NCBI GenBank assembly: GCA_029261155.1
Contig: JAJDBW010000029.1
Span: 1 to 64,000, forward strand
Length of the DNA stretch: 64,000 nucleotides
Reading direction: 5' to 3'
From: Nitrospirota bacterium
GTDB taxonomy: Bacteria > Nitrospirota > Nitrospiria > SBBL01 > JAADHI01
Part shown: positions 56,234-64,000 of the stretch, one piece after another
Layout: every line of letters starts with the position of its first letter
Numbering within the stretch: position 1 is the first letter of the stretch
Notes under the pieces: model-generated
The model's database searches: none
Told to the model about the DNA's origin: nothing
The model's input: only the letters and a program-made list of their open reading frames with translations
Position numbers and translations under genes: made by a program

Positions 56234-57556
56234 ATGAGAAATGATTTGGTTTGGAATGATCTCTTGTTGCGAATCAAACCGAGCATCAATGAGCAGGTTT
56301 ATGAAACCTGGATCAAACCAACTTCGCTTCTTGCTGTTTCAGGGGAGGAGGTTCAGATTGCGGTGCCGAATCAATTTTTTAAGGATTGGATTAAGGAACA
56401 TTATTCCCACTTGATTGAGGATGCATTAAAAAAGGAATTGTCGCAAGACACGGTTTCTATTCAATATATTGTAAAAGGAGCGGGGGAAAACGTCGAAAAC
56501 CCTCGAACTGAAAAGACACAAAAGAAAAGAAACACCACCAACCTGAATCCCAGATACAAGTTTCAGACATTTGTCGTTGGATCGAGCAATCAATTTGCGC
56601 ATGCGGCCTCCTTAAAAGTCGCCGAACGGCCCGGCATTACCTACAATCCTCTTTTCCTCTATGGTGGTGTGGGTTTAGGAAAGACACATCTTTTGAGCGC
56701 AATCGGCAATTATATAGACACAAATAATCCCAATAGTCGCATCGCCTACCTCTCTTCCGAACAGTTTACGAACGACGTCATCAATTCCATTCGATACGAT
56801 AAAATGACGGAGTTTCGGAACCGCTATCGTAATGTCGATGCCCTCCTGATCGACGACATTCAATTTATTTCTGGAAAAGAAAGGACACAAGAAGAGTTTT
56901 TTCACACCTTTAATACCCTTTATGAGGCGAGTAAGCAGGTGGTTATTTCGAGCGACCGCTCCGTGAAAGAAATGTCAGATATAGAAGAAAGGCTCCGTTC
57001 CCGATTTGAAATGGGCCTCATCGCCGACATTCAACCCCCCGACCTTGAAACCAAAATTGTGATTCTTCGCCGGAAGGCCGAACTTGAAAATATAGCCCTT
57101 CATAACGATGTTGCCCTTTTGCTCGCGACGCACATCAAAACCAACATCCGTGAATTAGAAGGCTCGCTCATTCGTTTGGGGGCCTTCAGTTCCTTGACCG
57201 GGCAGGAAATCACGGTTGAAATGGCGAAGCGGGTACTCAGGGATACCATACAGGAAAGAAAAAAGGTGGTGACTGCCGACGATGTCCTGCGCGCGGTCGC
57301 CGAGCGGTTTCAAGTCAAGATCATTGAAATTAAATCGAAGAAGCGCACTCGAAACCTGGTCACTCCCCGGCAAATTGGGATGTATCTCTCGCGGGATTTA
57401 ACGAATCTCTCCTTTCCGGAGATCGGGAAGGCCTTTGGCGGAAAAGATCACTCCACGGTGATCCATGCCTGTAAGCAGATTGAAAAAGAAAAAGCGGAGG
57501 ATTTTAACCTCAAGATGATCCTCGAGAGCCTAGCAAAACGTCTGAGGGAGGAATAG
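56234..57556 (+). CDS. dnaA: Chromosomal replication initiator protein DnaA
   Basis: The AAA+ region is GGVGLGKTHLL. Domain IV carries HTH/DnaA-box binding (…RQIGMYLSRDLT…GGKDHSTV…). Confidence 0.95.
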   Translation: MRNDLVWNDLLLRIKPSINEQVYETWIKPTSLLAVSGEEVQIAVPNQFFKDWIKEHYSHLIEDALKKELSQDTVSIQYIVKGAGENVENPRTEKTQKKRNTTNLNPRYKFQTFVVGSSNQFAHAASLKVAERPGITYNPLFLYGGVGLGKTHLLSAIGNYIDTNNPNSRIAYLSSEQFTNDVINSIRYDKMTEFRNRYRNVDALLIDDIQFISGKERTQEEFFHTFNTLYEASKQVVISSDRSVKEMSDIEERLRSRFEMGLIADIQPPDLETKIVILRRKAELENIALHNDVALLLATHIKTNIRELEGSLIRLGAFSSLTGQEITVEMAKRVLRDTIQERKKVVTADDVLRAVAERFQVKIIEIKSKKRTRNLVTPRQIGMYLSRDLTNLSFPEIGKAFGGKDHSTVIHACKQIEKEKAEDFNLKMILESLAKRLREE

Positions 57557-57558
57557 CT

Positions 57559-58680
57559 GTGAAGGTAAAAATGAATAGGAAAGACCTTCTCGCCGGAATA
57601 CAGCGCGTCCAAGGGGTCGTTGAAAAAAGGAATACCATGCCCATTTTAACCCATATCCTAATCGAGGCCCAGAAAGAGGCGTGCGCTTTTTTCGCGACTG
57701 ATCTCGAGGCGGGGATACAAGGGACTTATAGTGCGGAGGTGATTGATCCCGGTCGGATTACGGTTTCCGCCCGAAAACTCAGCGAGATTGTCCGCGAATT
57801 TCCGGAGGGGCCGGTCAGTATCCAATCCCAGCCCAATCATTGGGTCGTTATCGAATCCGGAAAAAGCCATTTTCGCATCGTTGGCCTGCCCCCCGAAGAG
57901 TTTCCCGCCTTGCCGCCCATGGATAGCGAGAATTGGATTGAAATTGATCCGGGGCTTTTCTCGGGTTTAATTCGCCGAACCCTTTTTGCTGCCGGGGATA
58001 ATGCCCCCCAATATATTTTAAATGGCCTCTTAATTCAGGTGGAAAAAATAACCAAAGAAAAGGGCGTCCTTCGCTTTATCGCGACAGACGGTCATCGCCT
58101 GGCCATCGCCGAAGGGGAGGCGAAGGGCAAAGACCTGGAAGACCAAGAAGGGGTCATCGTTCCCAAAAAGGCTATCCTTGAAATAAAGCGTGCCTTGGAT
58201 GAAGGCGAAGACCCCGCCGCGCCCGAGATTTCCATCGGGAAAAACCAATTGGTCTTTCGTTGGGGAAATGTGGTGATTACAAGTCGTTTGATCGAAGGGG
58301 ATTTCCCGGATTACAAGCAGGCCATTCCAAAAGGCAACGATCAACACGTGCCGATGCAAAAGGAGGCGCTTGAAGGCGGGCTCCGGCGCGTCTCCATTTT
58401 AGCCCGAGAGAAAACCAGCGCGATTAAATTTCAATTGGAAAAAGGCCGAGTGCTCTTGAGCGCAAGCAACCCGGAGATGGGCGAAGCCAATGAAGAGATC
58501 AACAGCAATTTTTCCGGGGAGGGTTTCACGACCGGTTTCAATGCGCGCTACCTTCTTGACGCCCTGGCGGCGCTCAAGGGAGACGAAGCCATCCTGGAGT
58601 TTAAAGATGCCCTTTCTCCCTGCTTGATTAAAGAAAAAAAAGAGGGATTTTTAGCCGTCATTATGCCGATGCGGGTTTAG
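57559..58680 (+). CDS. dnaN: DNA polymerase III beta sliding clamp
   Basis: Three-domain clamp (…ILTHILIEA…LRFIATDGHRLA…MPMRV). The start is GTG 57559 or ATG 57571. Confidence 0.92.
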   Translation: MKVKMNRKDLLAGIQRVQGVVEKRNTMPILTHILIEAQKEACAFFATDLEAGIQGTYSAEVIDPGRITVSARKLSEIVREFPEGPVSIQSQPNHWVVIESGKSHFRIVGLPPEEFPALPPMDSENWIEIDPGLFSGLIRRTLFAAGDNAPQYILNGLLIQVEKITKEKGVLRFIATDGHRLAIAEGEAKGKDLEDQEGVIVPKKAILEIKRALDEGEDPAAPEISIGKNQLVFRWGNVVITSRLIEGDFPDYKQAIPKGNDQHVPMQKEALEGGLRRVSILAREKTSAIKFQLEKGRVLLSASNPEMGEANEEINSNFSGEGFTTGFNARYLLDALAALKGDEAILEFKDALSPCLIKEKKEGFLAVIMPMRV

Positions 58681-58779
58681 TGAACTGCGCCGGGTGATTT
58701 TATGGATATAGAAGCATGACTTGTATTTGTCCCTCCTCTGTCGGAACGAAGGCCTCCCGCGTTTCGTCCACGACAATAG

Positions 58780-61209
<2,430 letters not shown>

Positions 61210-61301
61210 ATTGACACCGCCTTAAAGCATGAAAGCGATCAATCGGTTTTCCCTGTCCTGCGCGCAAATAAAAGGGAAAGCCCACTCACTGGAGACACAG
61301 C

Positions 61302-63786
<2,485 letters not shown>

Positions 63787-63797
<11 letters not shown>

Positions 63798-64000
63798 TTC
63801 CGGTCACACAGCCGCGCAGCCTAAGCGCTGGAGAACGAAGCCCTTTTTTTGGGGCGTCCTTGTCCTCCTCGCCGCTGCTTTGGTGCCTTTGGCTTTCCGT
63901 TTCCGAGCGGATTGGCAGTCGAGGCGTATGCTTCAATCCGCGGAAGAAAAGTGGCAAAAAGCGGACTATCTCGGCGCCGTACACGATTATGAACGTGTCG
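63787..64000 (+). CDS. Hypothetical membrane-anchored protein (3' end beyond window)
   Basis: The ORF overlaps the gyrA stop by 11 nt. It translates to [37 protein letters not shown]…, a TM helix followed by a soluble region that continues past the window. Confidence 0.35.

Overview
High-GC (~58%) bacterial chromosomal segment, about 85% of genes on the + strand, ending in the dnaA-dnaN-gyrB-gyrA origin cluster. An AT-rich DnaA-box region lies immediately upstream of dnaA. Most of the window is core metabolism and housekeeping. This includes the pyruvate dehydrogenase complex (E1 alpha/beta, E2, E3), lipA, an orphan parB flanked by two bactofilins and mnmA, rplI, prs-rplY-pth-ychF, and grxD-bolA. 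It also includes a cobalamin uptake/salvage operon (riboswitch-btuB-BtuF-like-pduO-cobQ-btuF-btuC), argDFGH and argCJ, lysA-dapF-dapA-dapB-dapL, folK, panC, and rplM-rpsI. Several accessory or decayed elements stand out: (i) an IS1595-family transposase fragment abutting a degenerate, truncated HsdR-like gene at the left edge; (ii) a ~1.9 kb low-GC islet inserted between lpdA and lipA (hypothetical protein, DUF2971 protein, small GIY-YIG nuclease); (iii) a NACHT STAND NTPase plus a DUF559 endonuclease inserted in the B12 operon and bracketed by G5/C5 palindromic REP-like repeats; (iv) a hypothetical protein with a C-terminal JAMM/MPN+ metalloprotease motif; (v) a YdjI-like SPFH protein with a triple zinc-ribbon tail and a YdjG-like zinc-ribbon partner, with no PspA; (vi) a SET-domain protein with a polybasic tail; (vii) an in-frame-deleted alcohol dehydrogenase remnant; (viii) tandem BFN nuclease paralogs. 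I found no rRNA or tRNA genes and no CRISPR array.
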